DNA from: an uncultured SAR86 cluster bacterium
GTDB taxonomy: Bacteria > Pseudomonadota > Gammaproteobacteria > Magnimaribacterales > D2472
Assembly: GCA_943846785.1 (NCBI GenBank)
Contig: OX044367.1
Coordinates: forward strand, 914,831 to 978,830
Length of the DNA stretch: 64,000 nt
Direction: 5' to 3'
The position numbers were made by a program, and so were the translations under genes. The notes under the pieces are model-generated. The model was given only the letters and a program-made list of their open reading frames with translations, was not told where the DNA came from and searched no databases. Shown here in pieces: positions 18,910 through 28,916 of the stretch; the stretch's first letter is position 1; the number at the start of each line of letters is the position of its first letter.

Positions 18910-19974
18910 ATGTTAAAAATATTTAAATATTTAGTTTTAGTTATAGTGTCTCTTTATATTATAGGTACTCTATCTTTAAAGAATCATTTTATTCAAGACA
19001 GTCTTTTAAATATAGCTATCAAATCAATTGCCACACCAGAATCATACCTAACAGAGGGTGATGCATTAACAGCAATAGTGTGCGGCTCTAGAGCACCAAT
19101 TAATGATCCAGCAAGAGCTGAGGCATGCATTCTTGTTCAAGCGGGTAAAGATATTTATATATTTGATACTGGTGGTGGAAGTATAGCTAATTTACATAAT
19201 TGGAATATACCTTGGGATAGAGTAAAGACCATATTTTATACTCACCTTCATTCTGATCATGTTTTTGATATTGCTGATTTCCATCAAGCAACCTGGATTA
19301 ATGGTGCAAGAGATACTAAACAAAAAGTATATGGACCTGAAGGAGTTCAAATGCTTACCGATGGAATTGAGCTAGCTTACACAAAAGATTATTTATTTAG
19401 AAATCAGCATCATGGAGATAGTATTGCTCCATTAAATATAGCAGGTTTTGATACTCACACTGTTGATTTAGATAATCCTATACTAATTGATGATGGAGAT
19501 TTAAAAATAACAGCATATAACGTATCTCATGACCCAGTTGATCCAGCTCTTGGTTATAGAATAGATTACAAGGGACGATCTATAAGTATTAGTGGAGATA
19601 CAATTTATGATCAAAATCTTGTTAAAAATTCTAAAAATGTCGATGTTTTATTTCATGAATCTATGTCGCTTGAAATATTAGACCTTATAAACCAAGTTGC
19701 TAAAAGAAATAATAACTATATAGCTGATACTGTAACAATAGATATTCTTGATTATCACACGCCTATTATGGATGTAGTAAAAGCTGCTAATGAAGCTAAT
19801 GTAAAACATCTTGTTTTTTATCATCATCTTCCAGCCCCACGCAATCAATTGATGGAGGATATTATGTATAGAGGTGTTGATAAGGTCACAGATGAATGGA
19901 CTTCATCGCATGATGGAACAAGAGTCATTCTTCCTATAGGTTCAACTGAAATATTAGTTGATCGAATTGAATAG
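18910..19974 (+). CDS. MBL-fold metallo-hydrolase with N-terminal membrane anchor
   Basis: HLHSDH (HxHxDH) motif and a later ..SGDT.. motif. I prefer ATG 18910 (MLKIFKYLVLVIVSLYIIG), which is followed by a hydrophobic segment, over ATG 18829. Confidence 0.7.
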   Translation: MLKIFKYLVLVIVSLYIIGTLSLKNHFIQDSLLNIAIKSIATPESYLTEGDALTAIVCGSRAPINDPARAEACILVQAGKDIYIFDTGGGSIANLHNWNIPWDRVKTIFYTHLHSDHVFDIADFHQATWINGARDTKQKVYGPEGVQMLTDGIELAYTKDYLFRNQHHGDSIAPLNIAGFDTHTVDLDNPILIDDGDLKITAYNVSHDPVDPALGYRIDYKGRSISISGDTIYDQNLVKNSKNVDVLFHESMSLEILDLINQVAKRNNNYIADTVTIDILDYHTPIMDVVKAANEANVKHLVFYHHLPAPRNQLMEDIMYRGVDKVTDEWTSSHDGTRVILPIGSTEILVDRIE

Positions 19975-20045
19975 AGTTAAATAAATTTTATATATTTCAA
20001 CAAATTGCTTTAGTATGTTGTTAATTTAAATAGGTGTAAAAAATT

Positions 20046-20969
20046 ATGAATAGAGTATTAAGAGATACAGGCGCAAAATATCCAATTGTTCAAGCTCCAA
20101 TGGGATGGATTGCAAGAAGCCAGTTAGCCTCAGCAGTATCGAATGCAGGTGGTTTAGGCGTTATTGAAACTTCTTCTGGTGAGGTTGATATTTGCAAAGA
20201 AGAAATTAAAAAAATGGCTAGCCTTACAGATAAACCTTTTGGAATAAATCTACCGTTACTATTCTTAAAAGACTCATCTATGGTAGATTTTTGTGTAGAT
20301 AACAATGTAAATTTTGTAACAACTTCTGCTGGTGATCCATCAAAATATATTAAAGTCTTAAAAGATGCAGATATTACTGTTTATCATGCTGTGCCTAACT
20401 TACAAGGCGCTCTTAAAGCATTTGAGGCTGGCGTTGATGGTCTTGTTGTTGAAGGAACCGAGGGAGGTGGATTTAAGGGTTATGAAGAAATCGGCTTAGC
20501 TGTTCTAATACAAGCTATTAAAAAAGAAATAGATTTACCAATCATTGCAGCTGGTGGAATAGTAAATGGTATAGGAATGGCATCAGCCTTTGCTGCAGGA
20601 GCTGAGGCTATTCAAATGGGAACACGCTTTGTTTCTTCAATAGAAAGCCCTGTTCATGATAATTTTAAAGATTCGATTAAAAGTGCAGGAACAGATGGAA
20701 CATATATTCTTAATAAATCCTCTAAGCCAGTCATAAGAGCATTAAAAACAGATTTTACTAAAGATATTTATGAGAAAGGTTCAATGAACATGGGAGATCT
20801 GGCAAAAATTAAAGATCTTTATTTTGGTGGCGATATGAATGCTGCACCAGCTTTAGCAGGACAATCATCAGGTTTAATTAATGAAATTAAGTCAGTTAAA
20901 AATATTATTGATGAAACTATAAGTGAATATAATCAAGTCTGTTTAAATCTATCAAAGAATCTTTTTTAA
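20046..20969 (+). CDS. nitronate monooxygenase (NMO, 2-nitropropane dioxygenase family)
   Basis: YPIVQAPMGWIA..AVSNAGGLGVIE, EGGGF, and IAAGGI..GTRF motifs of the FMN TIM-barrel NMO family. Confidence 0.8.
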   Translation: MNRVLRDTGAKYPIVQAPMGWIARSQLASAVSNAGGLGVIETSSGEVDICKEEIKKMASLTDKPFGINLPLLFLKDSSMVDFCVDNNVNFVTTSAGDPSKYIKVLKDADITVYHAVPNLQGALKAFEAGVDGLVVEGTEGGGFKGYEEIGLAVLIQAIKKEIDLPIIAAGGIVNGIGMASAFAAGAEAIQMGTRFVSSIESPVHDNFKDSIKSAGTDGTYILNKSSKPVIRALKTDFTKDIYEKGSMNMGDLAKIKDLYFGGDMNAAPALAGQSSGLINEIKSVKNIIDETISEYNQVCLNLSKNLF

Positions 20970-21062
20970 ATACGTATTTTTTACACATAATTCTTTCTTT
21001 TTCTTATTGCAAAGCTCATATATAATTTTGATTATTATTTATTTTATTAATAGGGGATTAGA

Positions 21063-23501
21063 ATGAAAAATTCTATTTTTACACTATCTGTTCTGCTTTC
21101 AATGTCTATATTTTTAGATGCTCAAGATGTTGAAGAAGTTATTGTTACGGCAACCAAAACTGAAAAAACACTTCAAGAGGTTCCAATAGCGGTATCAGTT
21201 GTAACTGCTGATGTTATTGAAAAAGCTAACGTTGTTGATATATTTGATCTTAAGTCAGTTGTACCATCACTTGATACAAGACAATACCAATCATCTGTTA
21301 ATACAACTTTTTTTATTAGAGGTTTCGGCAATGGATCAAATAATCCGGGCATTGAACCTTCTGTCGCTGTTTTTATTGATGGTGTATACAGATCTAAAAC
21401 CCAAAGTCAGATATCTGATTTACCAATGGTCGAGAGAATTGAGGTTCTAAGAGGACCACAAAGTACTTTATTTGGCAAAAATGCTTCTGCTGGTGTTATA
21501 AATATTGTTACTAAAAAACCATCCTTTGAAAAGTCTGGAAATGTTTCTTTTGGAATAGGTAAATATAATTCAAGAGTTGGTAAGGTTTATTATACAGGCC
21601 CTCTAAATGAGAATCTTGCCTATAGTTTTAGTGCTAACTTTAATAAAAGAGATGGTCATTCAGAAAATCCTATCACTGGGAATGCTACTAACGATAGAGA
21701 TAGAGTAGGCTATAGAGCAGAGCTCTTATATGTACCATCTGATGATTTATCAGTTAGGGTTACTGCTGATTACGATGATTATGACGAAATATGTTGTGCC
21801 GTTGGAAGTACTTCATATGGAGTTGGAAACCAAGTAACTGCAATGTTAGGTGGGCAAATAATCCCTAATGATCCTTATACAGAAAAAGCATTCTATGACT
21901 TTGATCCTACTTCAAAAGGCGATAATTCTGGTTTATCTATTCACATAGAAAAGAATCTAGAAAATGCAACGATTGAAAGTATTACCTCATACAGAAAATC
22001 ATATAACTTTGAAGTTCAGGATGTTGACTTTGATGCTGTTAATGTAATTGCTCCAAGTCCAATTGAAAAAGATCTAAATGGTGTTACACAAGAATTAAGA
22101 ATCTACTCTGAAGACAATGAAAAAGTTAATTGGTTATTTGGTGGTTTTTATTATCAAGAAGATATGGATTTTAATGAATCTATTTACTACGGACCTTTAT
22201 GGAGAACTTATCTAGATGCATTTCTACCTGCAGGAACCATTGCTGGCGTTGCAGCTGCTTTTGGTCTTCCAGATAGCTTAATGTTTGCAGCTGGTCAGGG
22301 CAATACAGAAACAGCCACTCAAGATAATTCAACTAAATCTATCTTTGCACAATTTGACATTCAACTTACTGAAAAGCTTAATGCTATTATCGGCGCTAGT
22401 TATATGGAAGATGAAAAGTCTGTTTCATATAATCAAATCAATACTGCTGTATTTTCAAATCTTGATTTTGTAGGTGCTGGAGCAATGGGATTAATAGCAG
22501 CAGGCATTCCACCATCACAGGCTGTAGTTCTTGCAACAGATCCTGCTTACAACCCTTTATTACCTCTCAGAGGACTTCAATTTATTCCTCAATTTGTTAA
22601 TTTTCCAAATGCTGCACAAGATGGTAAAAGCAGTGATGATAATGTCGACTATACAGCTAAATTATCTTATGCATTAAATGATGCAGTAACTCTTTATGGT
22701 GGTGTTTCAACTGGATTTAAAGCAACTGCTTGGAACATATCAAGAAACTCACTTCCAAATGCGACTGAAACTGCTGCACTTGCTTCTGCAGGAACTCCAG
22801 TCGGTCCTAATACTGGTCTTGGACAAAGGTATGCTGACCCAGAAGAAGCTGAAGTATTTGAATTAGGAGCAAAAATTTATCTCCCTTCCGGTTATCTAAA
22901 TATAGCTATGTTTGATCAAGAAATTAAGGGCTTTCAATCAAATACATTTATTGGAACAGGTTTTGTACTAGCAAATGCTGGATCTCAGTCAGCTGATGGT
23001 TATGAGTTTGATTTGGTATTCTCACCCACTGATAATATTGACTTAGCTGTAAGTGGTTTATTTATTGATCCGGTGTATGACTCATTCCCTAATTCAGCCT
23101 CTGGAGATTTAACAGGTACAACACCAACGAATATCCCTGAGGATACTATCTCTTCAAATATTACTTGGAACTGGGAAAGAAATGGTTTTGATGGTTATGT
23201 TAGATTAAGTCATCTTTATGCAAGTGAAGTTAAATTACTTGAAAATCCAACATGGCAAGCAATTCTTGAATCTAATGGAAATGGTATTAAAGAGCAAGAT
23301 ACATTAAACATTTCTGCAGGTATAGAAAAGGAGGGCGTTGGTGGAGGTGTTTTATCACTAATGTTCTATGGTAAAAACATTAATGATGACAAATGGATTA
23401 CATCTGCTTTCCCAGCTGTTGCTGATCCATCTTCAACAACATTTTTTGGATATCCTAATAACTATAAGAGCTATGGTCTAATGGTAAATTATAGTTTTTA
23501 A
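21063..23501 (+). CDS. TonB-dependent outer-membrane receptor
   Basis: Signal peptide. Plug motifs (EEVIVTATK, VEVLRGPQSTLFGKNASAGVINIVTK). A long beta-barrel ends in a terminal aromatic residue (..NYSF). Confidence 0.9.
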   Translation: MKNSIFTLSVLLSMSIFLDAQDVEEVIVTATKTEKTLQEVPIAVSVVTADVIEKANVVDIFDLKSVVPSLDTRQYQSSVNTTFFIRGFGNGSNNPGIEPSVAVFIDGVYRSKTQSQISDLPMVERIEVLRGPQSTLFGKNASAGVINIVTKKPSFEKSGNVSFGIGKYNSRVGKVYYTGPLNENLAYSFSANFNKRDGHSENPITGNATNDRDRVGYRAELLYVPSDDLSVRVTADYDDYDEICCAVGSTSYGVGNQVTAMLGGQIIPNDPYTEKAFYDFDPTSKGDNSGLSIHIEKNLENATIESITSYRKSYNFEVQDVDFDAVNVIAPSPIEKDLNGVTQELRIYSEDNEKVNWLFGGFYYQEDMDFNESIYYGPLWRTYLDAFLPAGTIAGVAAAFGLPDSLMFAAGQGNTETATQDNSTKSIFAQFDIQLTEKLNAIIGASYMEDEKSVSYNQINTAVFSNLDFVGAGAMGLIAAGIPPSQAVVLATDPAYNPLLPLRGLQFIPQFVNFPNAAQDGKSSDDNVDYTAKLSYALNDAVTLYGGVSTGFKATAWNISRNSLPNATETAALASAGTPVGPNTGLGQRYADPEEAEVFELGAKIYLPSGYLNIAMFDQEIKGFQSNTFIGTGFVLANAGSQSADGYEFDLVFSPTDNIDLAVSGLFIDPVYDSFPNSASGDLTGTTPTNIPEDTISSNITWNWERNGFDGYVRLSHLYASEVKLLENPTWQAILESNGNGIKEQDTLNISAGIEKEGVGGGVLSLMFYGKNINDDKWITSAFPAVADPSSTTFFGYPNNYKSYGLMVNYSF

Positions 23502-23516
23502 GACAAAACTATTTAA

Positions 23517-23546
23517 ACAAAAAGGGAGCCTGTGCTCCCTTTTTTA
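23517..23546. terminator. bidirectional rho-independent terminator
   Basis: AAAAA-GGGAGC(23524-23529)-CTGT-GCTCCC(23534-23539)-TTTTTT, lying between convergent genes. Confidence 0.7.
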
Positions 23547-23954
23547 ATCTTCGATATCTTTTCTAATCTTTAATTTTTCTAAGCTTATTTGATCCTTTAA
23601 AGTCATGATATAGGCCGCACCTGCAAGAATTAATATTCCTGAAGCTTCATAAATTATATTCAATGAGTCAAGTTCTTTGCTTTGAAGAATAATCATTCTA
23701 GTTAAAGCTGTCATTGCAATAATTATCGGAAGAGTGACTGGAAGTCTATTACTTGCATAAAAAGATCCAACCATACCCAGTACCTCTGCGTAGATAAATA
23801 AAAGAAATAGGTCACTTAATGTGACTACTTGTTCGATAATTAATCTATAGATTTCAATTCCAGTTGCATACAAAGTAGCTATTGCAATTATCATTAATAT
23901 AGATCTTTCTGAGATATCTATAAAGTTTTGCCAAACATTAATATTTTTTTTCAT
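23544..23954 (-). CDS. PsiE-like (phosphate-starvation-inducible E family) membrane protein
   Basis: 136 aa with 4 hydrophobic segments. Size and layout resemble E. coli PsiE (..FIYAEVL.., ..MTALTRMII..). Confidence 0.5.
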   Translation of the reverse strand: MKKNINVWQNFIDISERSILMIIAIATLYATGIEIYRLIIEQVVTLSDLFLLFIYAEVLGMVGSFYASNRLPVTLPIIIAMTALTRMIILQSKELDSLNIIYEASGILILAGAAYIMTLKDQISLEKLKIRKDIED

Positions 23955-24084
23955 ATTTAGATTATATGTAACTTTTTATAACTATAGAAATTTTATATAT
24001 ACATAAAATATATACTTCAGTGAGTTAAATATAAACATAAACGTATATATTTAAAGATTGTTAATTTAATAATAGGGAAAAATT

Positions 24085-24768
24085 ATGAATAAATTAAAAC
24101 TATTTTTTGTATTAGTTTTTGCTTTTAATATAAATGGGGCACCAGAAGGGGCCTTTAATACTCTTATGGTTAAAGCTAAAAATGTAGATGCTTATGTAGA
24201 TTATATGAGAAACAATACTGGTCCATTTGAAGCAATTGGTGCTGATATGGCTGGTGTTTGCGTTACTCGGTCAGGCAATGATTATAAAGGCCAAATGTTT
24301 GTTTGGAACGCCTTTCCATCTGTTGAAAAGGCATTAGCTGCCTCTGACTTATATGATCCAATGAATGCATCTGCTAGCTTTAATAAACTTAGAAAGGTCA
24401 TGTATTCTGCTACTTTTAAACCCATTAAGGAATTTGATCTCAAACCAGGATCAGAAAGACTATGGAGACTAAAGCTTAATAATCCTAGAGCCTATGTTCA
24501 AAAGGTAACAGAATTAGAAATGGCAATGAATAAAGCAGGTCATGATATGAGAATAGGTGTTTTTGCTCCTATAGCTGGTGGTAAGGAAGAGACTGGGATG
24601 TATCATGTAAGAGCCGTAAGTAATACTGCTGCAGAAAGTGGCGCTGCTCTAGATGACTATTATGCAGGTGCAAAATGGGGAGATATTTGGAGAGAATCTC
24701 TAAAGTATGTAGATGAAGTTGTTACCGATACTATGGAAAAATGTGAAGTTATATACACCGCAAATTGA
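24085..24768 (+). CDS. secreted protein of unknown function with an internal two-fold repeat
   Basis: Signal peptide MNKLKLFFVLVFAFNINGA. Residues 27-41 (LMVKAKNVDAYVDYM) echo residues 127-141 (WRLKLNNPRAYVQKV), exactly 100 aa apart. A good SD (AGGGAAAA) precedes the start. Confidence 0.5.
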   Translation: MNKLKLFFVLVFAFNINGAPEGAFNTLMVKAKNVDAYVDYMRNNTGPFEAIGADMAGVCVTRSGNDYKGQMFVWNAFPSVEKALAASDLYDPMNASASFNKLRKVMYSATFKPIKEFDLKPGSERLWRLKLNNPRAYVQKVTELEMAMNKAGHDMRIGVFAPIAGGKEETGMYHVRAVSNTAAESGAALDDYYAGAKWGDIWRESLKYVDEVVTDTMEKCEVIYTAN

Positions 24769-24786
24769 TATAGTAAAAGTTATCAT

Positions 24787-24810
24787 AAAAGGGAGCTATG
24801 CTCCCTTTTT
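24787..24810. terminator. bidirectional rho-independent terminator (same stem as 23524-23539)
   Basis: AAAA-GGGAGC(24791-24796)-TAT-GCTCCC(24800-24805)-TTTTT, lying between convergent genes. Confidence 0.7.
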
Positions 24811-24811
24811 A

Positions 24812-25837
24812 TTAGGACGTTGAATTTAAAAGATTTAATTCCTCATCATTCATTTCGGCTTCAATATCTTCAAACAAGAGACTAGATAAATATCTTTCTG
24901 CAGTATCAGCTAACATACAAAGTATTTTTGAGCCTTTTGGGGCTTTGTTAGCAACTTCCATAGCAACAGCAAAAGTTGATCCACCAGAGATACCAGTAAG
25001 GATGCCTTCATGAGCAGCTAATTTTTGAGACCATTGAATACCGTTGGCTCCTGCAACAGGAACTATCTCATCTATAAAATCTTCATTAATAGACTCTTGT
25101 AGCACGAGAGGAATAAAATCAGTTGTCCATCCTTGGATTGGGTGTGGTTGCCAATCAGGGTGGGATTGAGCAGGAGCTCCATCATCTGTTCTTTCCTGAA
25201 TATTTCCATTTACTAGAAGAGGTGCAACATCAGGCTCAGCCATTATAAGTTTAGTATGAGGCATTTCTTTTCTAAGCGTTCTTGCAACACCACTGAATGT
25301 ACCACCAGTTCCATAGCCAGAAACCCAATAATCTAAACCGGAATCTTTAAAATCATTAACTATTTCATTTCCGGTAGTTTTTTCATGAATATTTGCATTA
25401 GCTTTATTTTCAAATTGCCTTGCATAAAACCAACCATTTTCATCAGCAAGTTTTTTTGCTTTGTTATATGCACCAGAGCCAGCCTCAGCAGCAGGAGTTA
25501 ATAACACTTTTGCTCCTAAGAAACGCATCATTTTTCTTCTTTCTATTGATGCACTTTCTGGCATTGTAATAACACAAGGATAATTCTTAGAAGCACAAAC
25601 AAATGCTAAGCCTATACCTGTATTACCACTAGTGGCTTCAACTACAGTTTGTCCAGGTTTTAAGGTGCCATTAGCTTCAGCTTCATTAATTATACTCAAA
25701 GCAAGTCTATCTTTTACAGAGCTCGCAGGGTTAAAGTATTCCGCTTTAACATAAAGCTCAATACCTTCTGGTGCTAAATTATTTATCTTGATGCTTGGTG
25801 TATTACCAACGGTTTCTAAAATACTATTAAATTTCAT
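24812..25837 (-). CDS. cysK: cysteine synthase / PLP-dependent beta-replacement enzyme (CysK family) with an acidic C-terminal extension
   Basis: PLP lysine motif SVKDR, plus TSGNTGIGLA and GGT..G loops. At 341 aa it is about 30 aa longer than typical CysK. Confidence 0.75.
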   Translation of the reverse strand: MKFNSILETVGNTPSIKINNLAPEGIELYVKAEYFNPASSVKDRLALSIINEAEANGTLKPGQTVVEATSGNTGIGLAFVCASKNYPCVITMPESASIERRKMMRFLGAKVLLTPAAEAGSGAYNKAKKLADENGWFYARQFENKANANIHEKTTGNEIVNDFKDSGLDYWVSGYGTGGTFSGVARTLRKEMPHTKLIMAEPDVAPLLVNGNIQERTDDGAPAQSHPDWQPHPIQGWTTDFIPLVLQESINEDFIDEIVPVAGANGIQWSQKLAAHEGILTGISGGSTFAVAMEVANKAPKGSKILCMLADTAERYLSSLLFEDIEAEMNDEELNLLNSTS

Positions 25838-25875
25838 GCTAATTATTTATAAAAAAATTGAGTTTATCACAGTCG

Positions 25876-27921
25876 TTAATATTTGGTATCTTCATCAGCT
25901 AAGTTTAGAATAAAACTATATTCCATAGAGATTTCGTTGAATTGATTCAATCTTCCACTCAACCCCCCGTGACCACCAATAAGATTCATCTTCATAATAA
26001 TATTGTTAGCTGATTGGTTATGATCTCTTAATTTTGCAATATATTTTGCTGGCTCAAAATATTGAACCTGTGAGTCATATAAACTAGATGTAACAAAAAC
26101 AGAAGGATAGTTGTAATCGTTAATATTGTCATATGGTGAATATTGTTTGATGTAATTATATTCATCTAAATTTGCTGGATTACCCCATTCACCATATTCA
26201 AAAGTTGTAAGAGGTATTGTTGGATCAGACATAGTAGTCAGCACATCTACAAATGGGACGCCGGACAAGATTCCTCTATAAAGGGTAGGTTCAAAATTAA
26301 TAATAGCGCCCATCAAAAGACCGCCAGCACTTCCTCCACGTGCAAATACTTTTTTAGAATTCCCAATATTCTGATTAAGAACAGACTTTACAACGTCATT
26401 GAAATCATTAAAGGTATTCAATTTATTTAATAATCTACCTTCTTCATACCAATGTTTGCCCATCTCTCCGCCACCACGTATATTAATAATAGCGAACACA
26501 AAACCTCTATCTATAAGCGGCAATAACGAAGATCTAAAAGTTGCATCTATATTGATACCATAAGAACCATAACCATAAAATAAAATAGGTGCTTCTTTAA
26601 GGTTGGTATCAAGCCTAGATAAAAAAATTACAGGAACATTGGTTCCATCTCTAACTTCTACAAAAAGACGCTTATCAATATAATTAGTTGCATCAAAGCC
26701 AACTATATCCTTTTGCCATAATAAATTTGATTTATTTTCTTTTAGGTCATAGCTATATATTGATTCAGGAGAAGTAAGACTAGAGTATGTGTAGTTAAAT
26801 TTTAAATTCTGTTTCTCATTATTAGATGATAAAGCTACATCGTATGCGTGATCTTCAAATTTAATATCTGATTGTGAGTCAGTTAGAAGGTCTAGAATAG
26901 TAATTTCTGGCAACCCATTTTTTCTAACTTCAAGTATTAAATGATTACTAATCGTATAAATATTATTTATAAAAATTAAATCATTGTGAGGAACTATCAC
27001 ATTCATATCTTTAATATTTTTTGTCTTCATGTCCGAAAGTAAGACATGGAAATTTGGAGCCTTATGATTTGATAAGACAAAAAATTTATCATCTTCGACA
27101 TGATCTAAGTAGTACAAATGATTATTTGTTCTAGCCATAAAGACCAATGGTGACTCGAGAGGCTCCATTGTATCTATTAATCTAATTTCATTTTCATCTG
27201 TTGAATCAATATTTATATATATGTAATCTTTAGATTTAGATAGTGATAAGAAGATATTAAATTTTAAGTCTTCCTCTTTAAAGAGTAGTTTATCTTCTGT
27301 GCTATTTGTTCCAATTTTATGTACAAAGACTGAATCCGATATAAGTGTTATTGGGTCTTTTTTTGAATATATTAGGTAGTTATTGTCTTTTGACCATATA
27401 GGAGCTCCTGATGTCAATTCTAAGCAATCTGCAAGAACCTCCATGGTTTCAGTATCAAGAACTTTAATAGTAAATTCTCGCCTTCCTGTATTGTCCTCAC
27501 TAAAAGCAACATATTTGTTACTAGGAGAAGGGGATATAGATTGGATTGAATAATATTCCTGATTTTTTAGGTTTTCGTTTGCATCTATTAGCAACTCTTC
27601 TTTTCCATTTACCATTCTGAAGTAACGAGGCAATTGGTCATTTTTTTTAATTTTATTGAAATACTTAATTCTATTATTAGTAAATCCAAAAGAGGTTTCT
27701 TCATCTGGTATTTGTTGTATTAGCTCAGCGGCTATTTCATCAGAATATGGTTTTCTAGAACTAAACCATTGATCTGCATATTCATTTTCAGATTCCAGAT
27801 ATGAAAGCATTTCTTTATTAGTTCTTGAGTCATCTCTTAACCAATAATAATTATCTGTTCTTGAGTGATTATGTTGTTCCAGAATGTATGGTATTTTTTT
27901 TGGTTTTGGTGCCTGCATCAT
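25876..27921 (-). CDS. ptrB: oligopeptidase B / prolyl oligopeptidase family S9A serine peptidase
   Basis: N-terminal ..DNYYWLRDD.. motif. Catalytic GGSAGGLLMG. 681 aa. Confidence 0.85.
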   Translation of the reverse strand: MMQAPKPKKIPYILEQHNHSRTDNYYWLRDDSRTNKEMLSYLESENEYADQWFSSRKPYSDEIAAELIQQIPDEETSFGFTNNRIKYFNKIKKNDQLPRYFRMVNGKEELLIDANENLKNQEYYSIQSISPSPSNKYVAFSEDNTGRREFTIKVLDTETMEVLADCLELTSGAPIWSKDNNYLIYSKKDPITLISDSVFVHKIGTNSTEDKLLFKEEDLKFNIFLSLSKSKDYIYINIDSTDENEIRLIDTMEPLESPLVFMARTNNHLYYLDHVEDDKFFVLSNHKAPNFHVLLSDMKTKNIKDMNVIVPHNDLIFINNIYTISNHLILEVRKNGLPEITILDLLTDSQSDIKFEDHAYDVALSSNNEKQNLKFNYTYSSLTSPESIYSYDLKENKSNLLWQKDIVGFDATNYIDKRLFVEVRDGTNVPVIFLSRLDTNLKEAPILFYGYGSYGINIDATFRSSLLPLIDRGFVFAIINIRGGGEMGKHWYEEGRLLNKLNTFNDFNDVVKSVLNQNIGNSKKVFARGGSAGGLLMGAIINFEPTLYRGILSGVPFVDVLTTMSDPTIPLTTFEYGEWGNPANLDEYNYIKQYSPYDNINDYNYPSVFVTSSLYDSQVQYFEPAKYIAKLRDHNQSANNIIMKMNLIGGHGGLSGRLNQFNEISMEYSFILNLADEDTKY

Positions 27922-27991
27922 AGTTTTTATACGTTATTATCTATAAAGTTAATTAAATAATTATTACATATTAATAAGGTAACAAATCGTA

Positions 27992-28900
27992 ATGTCTCAT
28001 TTAATAGCCCTAATATTTATATCAGTTTCTGTTTATATAGGTTCTGCATTTATGTCGTTATTATTGGGCATTATTTTTGCATATTATTTTGACTTGCTCG
28101 AAAGTTTTTTCACTAAAAAAGTTGGCTCAAAGTTTATTCAAATTGGTATTATTTTATTAGCATTTTCAATACCTATTTATGATGCATATGAGTTAACAAA
28201 GACCTTTATTCCTTTCATCTCAATATTTGTTCTTTTGATTTTATTGTTTGGATTCATTATTGGTAAATTTTTTAATTTAAAACGTAACCAAATTATTCTC
28301 ATATCTAGCGGCACAGCAATATGTGGTGCTACAGCAATCGCAGCCATTGCACCTATTGTTAAAGCTAGCCCTAAGTCACTAGTGACCTCTATCTCATTAG
28401 TTTTTATATTAAATGCATTTGCGCTAGTTTTTTTTCCTTTTATAGGTACTTATTTTGGATTGTCGCAGGAGTTTTTTGGAGCTTGGGTTGCTCTTTCAAT
28501 TCATGATACTGCTTCAGTCTTAGGAGCAGCACTTTCTTTCGGCGAAGAGTCTGTTGATGTTGCTACTACAATCAAATTAACTAGAACGCTTTGGTTGATT
28601 CCTCTCATGATAGTTCTTTCAATTTATTATGATAAAAAAACAACCTTTAAAATGCCTATTTTTGTTCTTATTTTTATAGCTGTATTATTTTTAAATACCT
28701 ATCTTGATATTAGCAATATGACAGCCTTATTTATTGATCAAACTAGTAATATTTTTCTTTTTACTGGTCTGTTTTGCATCGGGACATCTATAGATAAAGA
28801 ATCTATGTTAACTTTGAGCAAAGGGATTGTTCTCCATGCATTAATTTTATGGGTAATTGCAATCTTGCTATCATTTATATTAGTATCTTACGTAATATAA
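27992..28900 (+). CDS. YeiH/UPF0324 family membrane protein (putative sulfate exporter family)
   Basis: Polytopic protein of 302 aa. The SSGTAICGATAIAA motif is characteristic of the family. Confidence 0.65.
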   Translation: MSHLIALIFISVSVYIGSAFMSLLLGIIFAYYFDLLESFFTKKVGSKFIQIGIILLAFSIPIYDAYELTKTFIPFISIFVLLILLFGFIIGKFFNLKRNQIILISSGTAICGATAIAAIAPIVKASPKSLVTSISLVFILNAFALVFFPFIGTYFGLSQEFFGAWVALSIHDTASVLGAALSFGEESVDVATTIKLTRTLWLIPLMIVLSIYYDKKTTFKMPIFVLIFIAVLFLNTYLDISNMTALFIDQTSNIFLFTGLFCIGTSIDKESMLTLSKGIVLHALILWVIAILLSFILVSYVI

Positions 28901-28916
28901 AATTACTTTAAGCTGT

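Noticed and set aside
20970-21062. Riboswitch or other leader upstream of the TonB-dependent receptors (also 46301-46433)
   Set aside because: The intergenic regions are only about 90-130 nt, very AT-rich, and lack the conserved cores (for example the B12 box) that I would expect. The only structured signals are the palindromes reported separately.
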